Shown here in pieces: positions 56,401 to 64,000 of a stretch of 64,000 nucleotides of DNA. The stretch is taken from assembly GCA_049889275.1 (NCBI GenBank), contig JBMHDS010000049.1, positions 61,501 through 125,500 of the forward strand, written 5' to 3'. The stretch is from Bradymonadia bacterium. Lineage in GTDB: Bacteria > Myxococcota_A > Bradymonadia > UBA7976 > UBA1532. A program made the position numbers and the translations under genes. A model generated the notes under the pieces. It was not told the origin of the DNA, did not search any database, and worked only from the letters and a program-made list of their open reading frames with translations. Each line of letters starts with the position of its first letter. Position 1 is the first letter of the stretch.

Positions 56401-57122
56401 GAGACAATCCGTCGTTGGGCAAAGGTGGTCAGCTCGGGACAAAGGATAGTTGGGCGCTGCGTGTCGGTGGACCCGCGCCGAGCATCGGGCATCGTGTGAG
56501 AACGCAAATCAAAGACAAAGCACGCGAACTCGCTCATGTTGATGGCGAGCCCGTACTCGCCGAATGGCGCGTGGGCCGAGGTCGGGTGATCTCGCTTGCG
56601 ACCGATGTGCTCGAACTCGGTTCTGAGCAATGGGCGAGCTTGCTTGGCCCAGGCCTTCATCGGCCTCATTATGGTCCGCAAGTAAAGGTCTTGGGCGACA
56701 GACTCTATGTCGATGTCGGTTCAGACCGACCTGCGCCAGTGGGCTCTGTCTTGTTTGAAGACGAGGCTGGCATACGAACCAGAGGACAATTGACGCCCTC
56801 CGGGCCTGGCCAGGCATGGGCCCCTTTGCCGTCTGGACCGAAGGCGATTCTGAGGGCGACGGCGATGACGTCAAATGGTGCTGTGGTCGACACCGTCAGT
56901 CGAAACTACCCATCTGAACTACGTGCAACCGGTGTTGACCGAGATGCGCTCGCCGTGCAGGCCGGACTGACAGGTGCACGCCCCCTTTGGACTGAAGCGG
57001 ACCTCCAGTTTGCCCTGGGAACGAAAGGCAGAGGTAGAGATACACGCTGGATCTATTTAATCGGATTACTCGCGTTTTCTGTTGTGCTGGCCGATGCCCA
57101 TCTTTGGTGTCGCAGAGCATGA
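53433..57122 (+). CDS. Large membrane protein with BatA-like N-terminus and two vWA domains
   Basis: N-terminal TM/BatA-like segment; MIDAS motifs VDTSSSM..VSDG and IDRSGS..VSDG; GATase-like segment; C-terminal TM. Confidence 0.8.
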   Translation: MSLYVALPIGVSLLTGLLYLVWVHLRGPQTRGRPLSTFFLLEASQVEPRRGLSALHAWPLFLIRSALILALTGLIAGITLRDNAGLVILTDGPLDNAVSSDEQTILIRAGHPPSVVADGESIAAVDAEPRWSAAASLGLSLASEEAQIRMMRSKRKAERVVHANARLAGAEVSVSALVAGDGKPTLVAGGRRFPLLQRSPDWFTKAKLPAGGAVIKLEGGRDYPLCIPGSAPLKVADSGWPPDVMNVLEVLPHVELVPAQQASWMVGQALPAGSAWAPFAPLVTHFVFQPGAVDSPSAPLRFADRLPAPGVLVNHWSPLPRGGEPLMLAGQQTIVDVLTGPAGQTRRFGFNPSATELPKTAAWPVLFLEASLIDRAATARCREVTAGETVMIATSAPVQLRRPDGTATQLVPDDGRIVLSGLDRQGLYRLEADGQFADLAVTPVEHGNRLDVGGSVTLGSQTHTRAVDRRPWLIAAGVMALLLGFVSQTSRARLLMFLTSGLLFAPLYLDLGDNPDVSFVLAVDTSSSMPPEETEATVQRLAKRLGERLLAVVSGGERVEHLGGVEGALKTFRGATRHGPLLGTAAEVAGENGAVILVSDGRAEDGPAYVDVPVFTKAVSSKSVDARIESASVIDIGQNRFIHVEVSSDRACDGHLRIGKQKIPVSLSAGQRQVVRSVSDVSNGVHLTVDLDVADDRLVENNTWLARIERIGRATGIAVGGGGAWLSAAGFSVTQIEAEDLSSRGAELADARALSVVDIAASRLPKPVRQGLARWVEAGGLLLLAGHQNAFALGGWIGTSLDELSALDSRPPRTDSRPVGVTVLIDRSGSQAAEAGGDGLDFVGRLAANMLSSLLPKDLVSVIAFAAEPKVMLPLTPYGQLETELSVPTLARGGTVLEPAFALALETLDGSQLSQKFVVLVSDGDFADRDKIAEMVRTAKERGVVVIAVGVGETPRMKILETLASGTSGVALSAKQRKPNLVFERSQLSGDNPSLGKGGQLGTKDSWALRVGGPAPSIGHRVRTQIKDKARELAHVDGEPVLAEWRVGRGRVISLATDVLELGSEQWASLLGPGLHRPHYGPQVKVLGDRLYVDVGSDRPAPVGSVLFEDEAGIRTRGQLTPSGPGQAWAPLPSGPKAILRATAMTSNGAVVDTVSRNYPSELRATGVDRDALAVQAGLTGARPLWTEADLQFALGTKGRGRDTRWIYLIGLLAFSVVLADAHLWCRRA

Positions 57123-57183
57123 GCCTTTCTGCTTTAATCGCCTCGACAACTGTGAGCGAACACCACGTTGATTTGAGGACAAC

Positions 57184-58470
57184 ATGCCAAGTGAAGCACT
57201 GAATATTCTAGAGCGCCTTGCGCGGGATTATCCAACAACACCGGAGATCGTTCGATTAAAGGCGGCGTTGCTGTTCGAGGGGGTCCAATTTGATCCGTCT
57301 CTGGTGCGCGCGGCGGATTGGGCTTTTCCTAACTTTATGCCCTACCATTTACCCACAGGGGTTCCGGCGATCGATGGTAAACGCGTGGTCGCTCTACCGT
57401 ATCTTTTTCGTTTTCCCGACGATACTCAGGCCCGGCTTCGAATCAAGGAGTCGAGTCCCTTTACGGTGCGAGCGACCGAAGATGAGTATGAGCTATTTAT
57501 CGATGACGAGCTGGTGACCAGTACGTCGTTTGAGGTTCGCCAGCACTGGGCTGACCTTTTGACCGCGGATGGTACGCCGATGAAGGCAACGGGCCTGAGC
57601 CAACATGGTGACATGCTTGTTCTAAACGTGGCGCCAGGTTGTGAATATTTTGTTGTACCGCGCCAATCGGGTGAGGGAACGGAAAACCTAAGCTGTAAGT
57701 TTTGTCTGTATGGCTTACCTGACAAGCGCATGGAGCCGCTTGGGCAGGAGTTGTATGTGATCGATGTACCCACGCCGACTATCGAACGCGTGATCGAGGC
57801 ATGTGCCCATGAGTCCACTGACGCCAAGCAGCTCTACATGGTTGGCGGCAGCATGCTTGACATGGAGGCGGAAGGGGAGCGCTTCGTTCAGATAGCGGAG
57901 CGTCTTCATGCCGCTGGTCTCACCGAGCGGTACTATGTTGCCTGTGGGTCTGGCGCGATACCTAAGGCCGCGATGAAGCGATTGCGGGAACTCGGTGTCA
58001 AAGGTGCTTGCTTTAACCTGGAGGTTTGGGACCCTGTTCAATTCGAACGCGTTTGTCCCGGTAAGCACGCGATCGTTGGTCGAACACGTTGGCTTGAGAG
58101 CCTTGAGGATGCCGTTGATGTGTTTGGTCGTGGTCATGTGATGAGTGCATTCGTCGGTGGTGCTGAACTTGAGGGCGATGGTGTGTGCCAAACCCCCGAC
58201 GAGGCTCTCCAAAGCGCTATCGAAGCGGGCGAGTATTTGACGAAGCGAGGCATTCATGCGGTCTTCTCGTTGCACTGGAAAATGACCGGTAAGAATCGCG
58301 GACAAGAGCCGATCTACAGTCTCGATTTCTTTCTCAAGCTCAACGAAGCTCTCAGAGACATTCGGCGTCGTGAAGCGCTGCCGATCAACACCGATTTTTT
58401 CAGTAAACGTGCGGCCTATATGCAACTTGAACCCGATTATGATGCGCTTGAGAGTATGCATTCATGTTGA
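57184..58470 (+). CDS. Radical SAM protein (biotin-synthase-like) with non-canonical CX17CX2C motif
   Basis: C-EYFVVPRQSGEGTENLS-CKFC; VGG; FNLEVWD..F..VCPGK; AVDVFGRG.V; GAGGA RBS. Confidence 0.8.
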   Translation: MPSEALNILERLARDYPTTPEIVRLKAALLFEGVQFDPSLVRAADWAFPNFMPYHLPTGVPAIDGKRVVALPYLFRFPDDTQARLRIKESSPFTVRATEDEYELFIDDELVTSTSFEVRQHWADLLTADGTPMKATGLSQHGDMLVLNVAPGCEYFVVPRQSGEGTENLSCKFCLYGLPDKRMEPLGQELYVIDVPTPTIERVIEACAHESTDAKQLYMVGGSMLDMEAEGERFVQIAERLHAAGLTERYYVACGSGAIPKAAMKRLRELGVKGACFNLEVWDPVQFERVCPGKHAIVGRTRWLESLEDAVDVFGRGHVMSAFVGGAELEGDGVCQTPDEALQSAIEAGEYLTKRGIHAVFSLHWKMTGKNRGQEPIYSLDFFLKLNEALRDIRRREALPINTDFFSKRAAYMQLEPDYDALESMHSC

Positions 58471-58554
58471 ATCTAAGTCGGCCGCGAACTGCTCTTGATC
58501 TCCCTCTTCCGAACTGTTAGTCGACGATCTAGATGACCGCTAAGGAGGGTCTTT

Positions 58555-59415
58555 ATGACCGCGACCATCATAGACGGTAGAGCCATCGCAGCCAAGGTTC
58601 GCGACGAGGTCGCAACCCGGGTCAGTCTGCTGGCAGAGCGGGGCGTTAAACCGGGTTTGGCTGTGGTTCTGGCTGGTGATGACCCGGCGAGTCAAGTCTA
58701 CGTTCGGAATAAGGAACGTATGGCTGGCCGAGTGGGTATTGATGCCCGAACAATACGCTTGCCCGAAACGCTTGCGCCAAGCCAACTGCGAGACACCATC
58801 GCCGAGTTGAATCACGATGACTCAGTTCACGGAATCTTGGTTCAGCTGCCATTACCTATGTCGATTGAGCAAGACCTCGCCACGGAGATACTGAATACCA
58901 TCAGCGCGGATAAGGACGTAGATGGTCTACATCCGCTTAATCTTGGTCGACTGATGGCGGGGGAGTCAGGTTTTGTTGCCTGCACGCCCTCAGGTTGTAT
59001 GCGGTTACTACAGGAGACGGATGTCTCCTGTGAGGGCAAACGGGCCGTCGTTATAGGACGGAGCACGATCGTCGGTAAGCCCATGGCGCAACTTTTGCTG
59101 CAAGCGAATGCCACTGTGACCATCTGCCACTCTCGAACGGCTGATTTGGCGAGTCATGTCCGGGACGCGGATATTGTTATCGCTGCGGTTGGTCGGCCCA
59201 ATTTTGTCCGTGGTTCTTGGCTAAAGCCAGGGGCAGCTGTGATCGATGTAGGCATTAACCGTGGTGACGATGGTAAATTGGTCGGCGATGTGGCTTTCGA
59301 TGAGGCGATCACGGTCGCCGGTGCCGTAACACCTGTACCTGGCGGCGTAGGTCCGATGACCATCGCCTATTTGCTTAACAATGTGACGCTTGCGGCTGAG
59401 AGCGCATTAAGCTGA
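58555..59415 (+). CDS. folD: Methylenetetrahydrofolate dehydrogenase/cyclohydrolase
   Basis: IIDG, YVRNK, GILVQLPLP, KDVDGLH, CTP.G, GRS.IVGKP, TPVPGGVGPMT. Confidence 0.98.
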   Translation: MTATIIDGRAIAAKVRDEVATRVSLLAERGVKPGLAVVLAGDDPASQVYVRNKERMAGRVGIDARTIRLPETLAPSQLRDTIAELNHDDSVHGILVQLPLPMSIEQDLATEILNTISADKDVDGLHPLNLGRLMAGESGFVACTPSGCMRLLQETDVSCEGKRAVVIGRSTIVGKPMAQLLLQANATVTICHSRTADLASHVRDADIVIAAVGRPNFVRGSWLKPGAAVIDVGINRGDDGKLVGDVAFDEAITVAGAVTPVPGGVGPMTIAYLLNNVTLAAESALS

Positions 59416-59418
59416 AAG

Positions 59419-60501
59419 ATGAGTGCCATGAAGAGAACGCCACTGTATGAACGCCATAAGGCTGCCGGAGCGAGATTCGTTGACTTTGGCGGTTGGGAGA
59501 TGCCGGTACGCTATGAGACGACCATTCAAGTGGAGCATGAGTGTGTCCGGACTGCAGTCGGGCTCTTCGATGTAAGTCACATGGGTGAGGTGATGGTAAC
59601 GGGCGATGATGCTGTGGCAGCACTTAACCGCTTGGTGACCAATGACTTAGAACGAATCGCGGATGGTCAGGCCTGTTACACCGCAATGTGTCTACCGACC
59701 GGAGGCATTGTTGATGACCTGGTCATCTACCGATTCTCGCGTCAACGCCTGCTCATTTGTTGTAATGCGGCGAACCGCGAAAAAGATTTTGCCTGGATCA
59801 GTGAAAACTTAGAGGGTGCGGTCGCCGAGGACCATGGCGATGCCTACGCACAGCTTGCGTTGCAGGGGCCGGCGGCGGCCGAATTACTCCAGAAGATAAC
59901 CGATTATGATCTGTCTGCAATTAAACGTTATTGGTTTGCGGAAGCTCAAGTCGCTGGGATTGAGACACTGGTTAGCCGTACGGGCTACACCGGCGAAGAC
60001 GGCTTCGAATTGTACTGCCCGGCCGACCAGGGCGCAGCCTTATGGGACGCTTTGTTCGAGGCGGATTCTGGTACGCTCTTGCCGATTGGCCTTGGCGCAC
60101 GAGATACGATGCGTTTGGAAAAGAAGTACGCCTTGTATGGAAATGATATCGATGAGAGCACGACACCACTTGAGGCAGGCCTAGGCTGGATAACGAAGCT
60201 GGATGCGGGAGATTTCATCGGCAAGGACATTCTCGCCGACCAGAAGGCCGATGGGGTTGAACGCCGGCTCGTCGCTTTCAAAATGGATGGGCGAGGTATC
60301 GCTCGGCACGGATACCCGGTCGTGGATGATGAGGGCGCCGTGATCGGGCGTGTGACCAGTGGTACCCGTTCGCCATCACTGGGTGAGAGCATCGGTCTCG
60401 CGTACGTGCCCTGGGGGCAGCACAAGATCGGGTCTCCGCTGACCATAATGATTCGGGACCGCGCTCAAACAGCGACTATCTGTAAAGCACCTTTTATCTA
60501 G
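59419..60501 (+). CDS. gcvT: Glycine cleavage aminomethyltransferase
   Basis: [45 protein letters not shown]. Confidence 0.98.
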   Translation: MSAMKRTPLYERHKAAGARFVDFGGWEMPVRYETTIQVEHECVRTAVGLFDVSHMGEVMVTGDDAVAALNRLVTNDLERIADGQACYTAMCLPTGGIVDDLVIYRFSRQRLLICCNAANREKDFAWISENLEGAVAEDHGDAYAQLALQGPAAAELLQKITDYDLSAIKRYWFAEAQVAGIETLVSRTGYTGEDGFELYCPADQGAALWDALFEADSGTLLPIGLGARDTMRLEKKYALYGNDIDESTTPLEAGLGWITKLDAGDFIGKDILADQKADGVERRLVAFKMDGRGIARHGYPVVDDEGAVIGRVTSGTRSPSLGESIGLAYVPWGQHKIGSPLTIMIRDRAQTATICKAPFI

Positions 60502-60542
60502 CTAAACCAACGAAACAGAGATCGAGAGAAGGGAGAAAATCT

Positions 60543-60932
60543 ATGTCTACTCCGAGTGAGCTTCGGTATACCAAGGAACATGAATGGGCCAAAGTAACCG
60601 ATGACGGAAGCGTCATCGTTGGTATTACCGCCCACGCCCAGGACGCACTTGGCGACGTTGTCTTCGTTGAGCTTCCTGAGGTCGGCGAGTCTTTCGATGC
60701 CGAGGATAAATTCGGCGTTGTTGAATCTGTAAAGACTGTGAGCGATTTGTACGCGCCTTGCGGTGGCGAAGTCTTAGAGGTCAATACATCGCTCGAAGAT
60801 GCACCGGAAACCGTTAACTCTGACCCTTATGGGGATGGTTGGATTATCAGGATCAAACTGGCCGACGCGTCAGAATTAGATGGCTTGATGACGGCCGACG
60901 CATATGATGCATTTGTGGCGGAAGAGGCTTGA
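60543..60932 (+). CDS. gcvH: Glycine cleavage H protein
   Basis: [22 protein letters not shown] (lipoyl Lys), PYGDGW. Confidence 0.98.
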   Translation: MSTPSELRYTKEHEWAKVTDDGSVIVGITAHAQDALGDVVFVELPEVGESFDAEDKFGVVESVKTVSDLYAPCGGEVLEVNTSLEDAPETVNSDPYGDGWIIRIKLADASELDGLMTADAYDAFVAEEA

Positions 60933-60935
60933 ATT

Positions 60936-62153
60936 CTAGCGGAATAGCTTGAACCGGCTGCCACCTATCTCCAAAAAGAAACCGAATTGAAAGCGAATGC
61001 GGCCGTCTGGATCGCGTAGTCCCGCGGGCGGATTAGGGAAGGGTTGAGCCGTTCTAAATGCGGTTACTGCAGCTTCGTCTAGTACCGCTACGCCGCTGTC
61101 TTTCTTGACTGAAACCCCCTCAAGGCTGCCTTCGGAGCTCAGAGTGACATCCACGATGGTATAGCGGTCACGGACACCATAGATGCGGCCGCTCGGGTCG
61201 TTTCGGCGATATGTCTCCGCAGCGCGCCATTCACGTCTGACCCGGCGTTTCACGCGATTGAAGAACCAGGCGTGTTTGTAAGCGCGCGTGTTGAGAAACG
61301 TCCCTTCACCACGTTCCACATCCTTGACATGGTCGATCGAGCCGTCGCGGGCGAGCGCATCTTGCGGGCCGAGAGATGGCAATAAACTGCGCCAGTTTTG
61401 AGGCTGGCTGGCACCCGTAGACGAGCCCGTTTTACCTTTGCCGGCCGTCGCTCTGCGGGACTCGGAGCTGCGCTGATTCGGGTTAAACTTCCCATCACCC
61501 TTCGGTAGCGGTCGAGCGACTGTTGGTTGCTGCCGAGGTTTTTGTGCCAGCTGTTTTCTGCGTTTTTCAGCATTTGGTCGCTTTCTACCAGAGGCGGTCT
61601 TGTCGGACTGCGGCCGCTTGCGTCTACGTTTCGCTTGATCGCTTGGGTTTGGACGTCCAGCTCTCGAACCATCCAGATCTTTTCCTGGAGATATAAGTCT
61701 TCGGTCCGATTTGACCATTCTTTGCGACGGCGAGCGTTTGTTCGAGCTGACCTGCTGCTTTTTAACGCTGCTGTTGTATTCAGAAACGAACTTGGCATCT
61801 TTTGGCGGAGACTGATTCTGAGGCGGGTTGATTTCAACAATCTGAGCCCTCTTTTGGACTGGTTCGCGCTCGAGCTTGGGCTTTTCTTGTTCTTTCTTGC
61901 GTTTGCTCGCCGCGTATTGTCTGGCCGTCCGACCCGCTGTGAGGCGCTGGACGCGTTGCTGGCTGAGCAGCGGGACGACGGTGGCGGGTTTTCGATTGGT
62001 GACCGCTTTGGCCGTATCTTTGAACGCGCCAAGTGAGTCCCAGCAAACCAAGATGAGGCCATGGAGACAAAGCGATACCAAGATACCCACAGTGAGTGAA
62101 GCCTGCGTCTGTTGCCGGCGGTGAGTTGGTGTTCGCGAATCTCTTTGTCTCAT
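60936..62153 (-). CDS. TonB-family protein (TM with SxxxH, long basic linker, TonB C-terminal domain)
   Basis: VSLCLHG; SG...LDEAA..AF..AQPFPNPP. Start likely ATG 62153. Confidence 0.85.
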   Translation of the reverse strand: MRQRDSRTPTHRRQQTQASLTVGILVSLCLHGLILVCWDSLGAFKDTAKAVTNRKPATVVPLLSQQRVQRLTAGRTARQYAASKRKKEQEKPKLEREPVQKRAQIVEINPPQNQSPPKDAKFVSEYNSSVKKQQVSSNKRSPSQRMVKSDRRLISPGKDLDGSRAGRPNPSDQAKRRRKRPQSDKTASGRKRPNAEKRRKQLAQKPRQQPTVARPLPKGDGKFNPNQRSSESRRATAGKGKTGSSTGASQPQNWRSLLPSLGPQDALARDGSIDHVKDVERGEGTFLNTRAYKHAWFFNRVKRRVRREWRAAETYRRNDPSGRIYGVRDRYTIVDVTLSSEGSLEGVSVKKDSGVAVLDEAAVTAFRTAQPFPNPPAGLRDPDGRIRFQFGFFLEIGGSRFKLFR

Positions 62154-62346
62154 GGTGCTGGTTGACGCATGCGTTCTAATGACTGTTCTGTTACCAAAGC
62201 TTAGCAAAGTTCAGGGTCCCTCTGCCAATGGATGTGCAGAAAACAGAATGCCAGTGGCCGTAGACACTAGAACCCTCAGTCATAAGGGAGTAACGTACCC
62301 TGGGTGAGCGTTACTTTGCTATTCTTCGCTCGGGGGGGATTCGGTC

Positions 62347-62901
62347 ATGATGAAGCGAGTGGTCACCAGAAAGACCGCAGGATTTACACTCATCGAATTG
62401 ATGATTGTGGTGACGATTTTGGGGATCCTGGCCGCCATAGCCATACCGGCATTCAACCGCTCGGTACGTCGAAGCAAGACGTCCGAGGCTGTGGTTAATT
62501 TGCGGCGGATGTTCGATGGCGCGGTGACATCATACCAAGATGAACAGGTGACTCGGGACGGCGCGGTGTTGCCGCCTCGATTTCCACTCACTTCGCCCTT
62601 GAGCCCAGCGGAGAACTCGTGTTGTCAGACGAACCCAACCAGTGGGCGTTGCGCTGGAAACGCGGAATCATTTGCTCATTCGACCTGGCACAAGTTGGGG
62701 TTTAGCTTATCTGACCCTCACTTCTACTGGTACACATTCGAGAGCCGTGGGGAGGGCGGGGGTGCTCACTTTACGGCACGGGCGAATGGGAATCTCGATT
62801 GTGATGAGACCTTTAGTACCTTCGAGCGATTGGGATACGTTGATCTGATGGGCGGCCTCATGGGTGGCGCGGGCATCTACAGTAACCAAGAGCTTGAATA
62901 G
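62347..62901 (+). CDS. Type IV pilin, PilA-like
   Basis: G|FTLIELMIVVTILGILAAIAIP..RSKTSEA..NL; C-terminal A.GNLDCD. Confidence 0.88.
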   Translation: MMKRVVTRKTAGFTLIELMIVVTILGILAAIAIPAFNRSVRRSKTSEAVVNLRRMFDGAVTSYQDEQVTRDGAVLPPRFPLTSPLSPAENSCCQTNPTSGRCAGNAESFAHSTWHKLGFSLSDPHFYWYTFESRGEGGGAHFTARANGNLDCDETFSTFERLGYVDLMGGLMGGAGIYSNQELE

Positions 62902-62905
62902 GTGC

Positions 62906-63688
62906 TTACCCGCTTGTTGCAGCGTCGACGATCCGCTTTGCCTTCTCTTCGCTGACGACGCCACCTGTTTTGAGTGATGTCCCGATAATGAAGCCGTCGG
63001 CTGATGTCGGGTCGAAGTTATCCTCTGTGACACCACTACCGATGTAAACTGGGCAGCCAGGGACTGCTGTCTTGACCGTTTCAATGTCTGACACTGAGGT
63101 CGCAGCGCCAGTTGCGCTACCTGAGACGATCAGTCCGTCGGCGAGACCGCGATGATAGGTGTCTTGGGCCACCTGACCCAGATCCGACAAGCCAAGCGGT
63201 GCGGCATGCTTGACCCCCACGTCAGCCAAGATTGCGACCTGGCTTCGCCAAGCCTGCCGTATGCGCAGGAGCTCCGCGGCCTGACTCTGAATGATGCCCT
63301 GGTCTGTGACGCTGGTTCCGGCCAAGACGTTCACTCGTATAAACTGGGCGTCGCAAGCTTGTGCAATCGACAGGGCAGAAATAGCGTCATTTCGCAGCAC
63401 GTTAATCCCGACCTTGGTAGCTGGGTGATCCGCGATGATATGAGACGCAATACGCGCCATCGCTGCGATTGTGATGGCTGGTACTCTGTCCGCGAAAAAT
63501 GGAACATCACCATAATTTTCAATCATCAAGCCATCGAAACCACTTGCGACTAAGGCGCGCGCGTCCCGTTGGGCCCGTTTGAGTACATCCTCGAAATCAC
63601 CAGCGTAGAGTGGTGCTCCGGGCAAAGGCGGCAGGTGAACCATACCAACGAGCCTGGGCAAGTGATGAGTGTATTTCTGAGCGGACAT
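62906..63688 (-). CDS. btpA: BtpA/SgcQ family protein
   Basis: GMVHLPPLPG, ENYGDVPF, GINVLRND, FIRVN, DVGVKH, IVSGSATG. Start placed at ATG 63688. Confidence 0.92.
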   Translation of the reverse strand: MSAQKYTHHLPRLVGMVHLPPLPGAPLYAGDFEDVLKRAQRDARALVASGFDGLMIENYGDVPFFADRVPAITIAAMARIASHIIADHPATKVGINVLRNDAISALSIAQACDAQFIRVNVLAGTSVTDQGIIQSQAAELLRIRQAWRSQVAILADVGVKHAAPLGLSDLGQVAQDTYHRGLADGLIVSGSATGAATSVSDIETVKTAVPGCPVYIGSGVTEDNFDPTSADGFIIGTSLKTGGVVSEEKAKRIVDAATSG

Positions 63689-63827
63689 CGAAGTGAACTC
63701 CAGCTGAGTTGATGAGGCCTTGTGCCATCGACGAGTCACGGCCGCCGAAGGGTATGAGGAGACACTCGCATAAAGCACGCATGCCAGCAACTTGTCATGA
63801 CGCATGCGCACGCGTAATGTAGTGTCT

Positions 63828-64000
63828 ATGGAACGTCTAACGAAACAACTGTTACTGAGTTTTGTTGTGCTCCTGGGTGCTTGCGGCGATGAACGTGCTG
63901 ACGGGGCGCTGTATATCACCTGGAAGATTGGCGCACTGACCTGTGAAGAGGCATCAGTCGCTGAGGTCGTCGCCTCGGTGTATGATTATGAGCAGAGCGA
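63828..64000 (+). CDS. Lipoprotein (runs off the window)
   Basis: Not in the ORF track. Manual translation: MERLTKQLLLSFVVLLGAC-GDERADGALYITWKIG..., lipobox LGAC. Confidence 0.65.
   Translation, partial: MERLTKQLLLSFVVLLGACGDERADGALYITWKIGALTCEEASVAEVVASVYDYEQS

Noticed and set aside
57184-58470. Calling the radical SAM LipA, BioB or LipS1/LipS2
   Set aside because: No LipA CX4CX5C motif, no canonical CX3CX2C, and none of the LipS-type C-terminal Cys motifs I recall.
58471-58554. Glycine or folate-related riboswitch ahead of folD-gcvT-gcvH
   Set aside because: The gap is only 84 bp with no recognisable aptamer consensus; the folD-gcvT gap is 3 bp.
167-63782. Many short or antisense ORFs in the track (e.g. 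13702-14439 +, 18697-19368 -, 55992-56681 -, 57715-58461 -, 61250-62062 -)
   Set aside because: They overlap well-supported genes and have no motifs; they are consistent with shadow ORFs.
1-64000. tRNA, rRNA, IS elements, integrases, prophage or defence genes
   Set aside because: No such motifs seen; intergenic gaps are short and show no cloverleaf or terminal-repeat patterns.

Overview
Gene-dense window from what looks like a Myxococcota-type bacterium. That assignment is inferred from gene content: myxobacterial-style gsp cluster, tgl, PilA-like pilin, PEGA and Kelch proteins. From left to right: (1) a type II secretion operon gspC-D-E-F-G-H-I-J-K-L-(M, cut by the window edge) on the minus strand, with a candidate sigma54 promoter and paired enhancer sites; (2) a co-oriented signalling block (HAMP kinase, EEP hydrolase, FHA-GAF adenylate cyclase, NtrC-type activator); (3) a divergent surface locus: PEGA/TPR protein, Kelch lipoprotein, a 4635-aa giant protein and a REC-PilZ regulator; (4) envelope and housekeeping genes (fdx, lolC/E-like, tgl, RodZ-like HTH, mgtE, recO, cyclophilin); (5) a sigma54 activator with no sensory domain, divergent from an ABC/MoxR/DUF58/vWA operon followed by an atypical radical SAM gene; (6) folD-gcvT-gcvH, a TonB-family gene, a type IV pilin and btpA. 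The best candidate for a new system is the giant protein. It has a tip domain, about 17 DUF11-like repeats with a co-varying Lys/Asp/Asn isopeptide triad, SdrD-B-like domains, an OmpA-like domain and a roughly 900-aa C-terminal barrel region with a motif reminiscent of the T9SS translocon SprA. No rRNA, tRNA, CRISPR array or mobile element was seen. All domain calls are by-eye motif recognition, not database searches.
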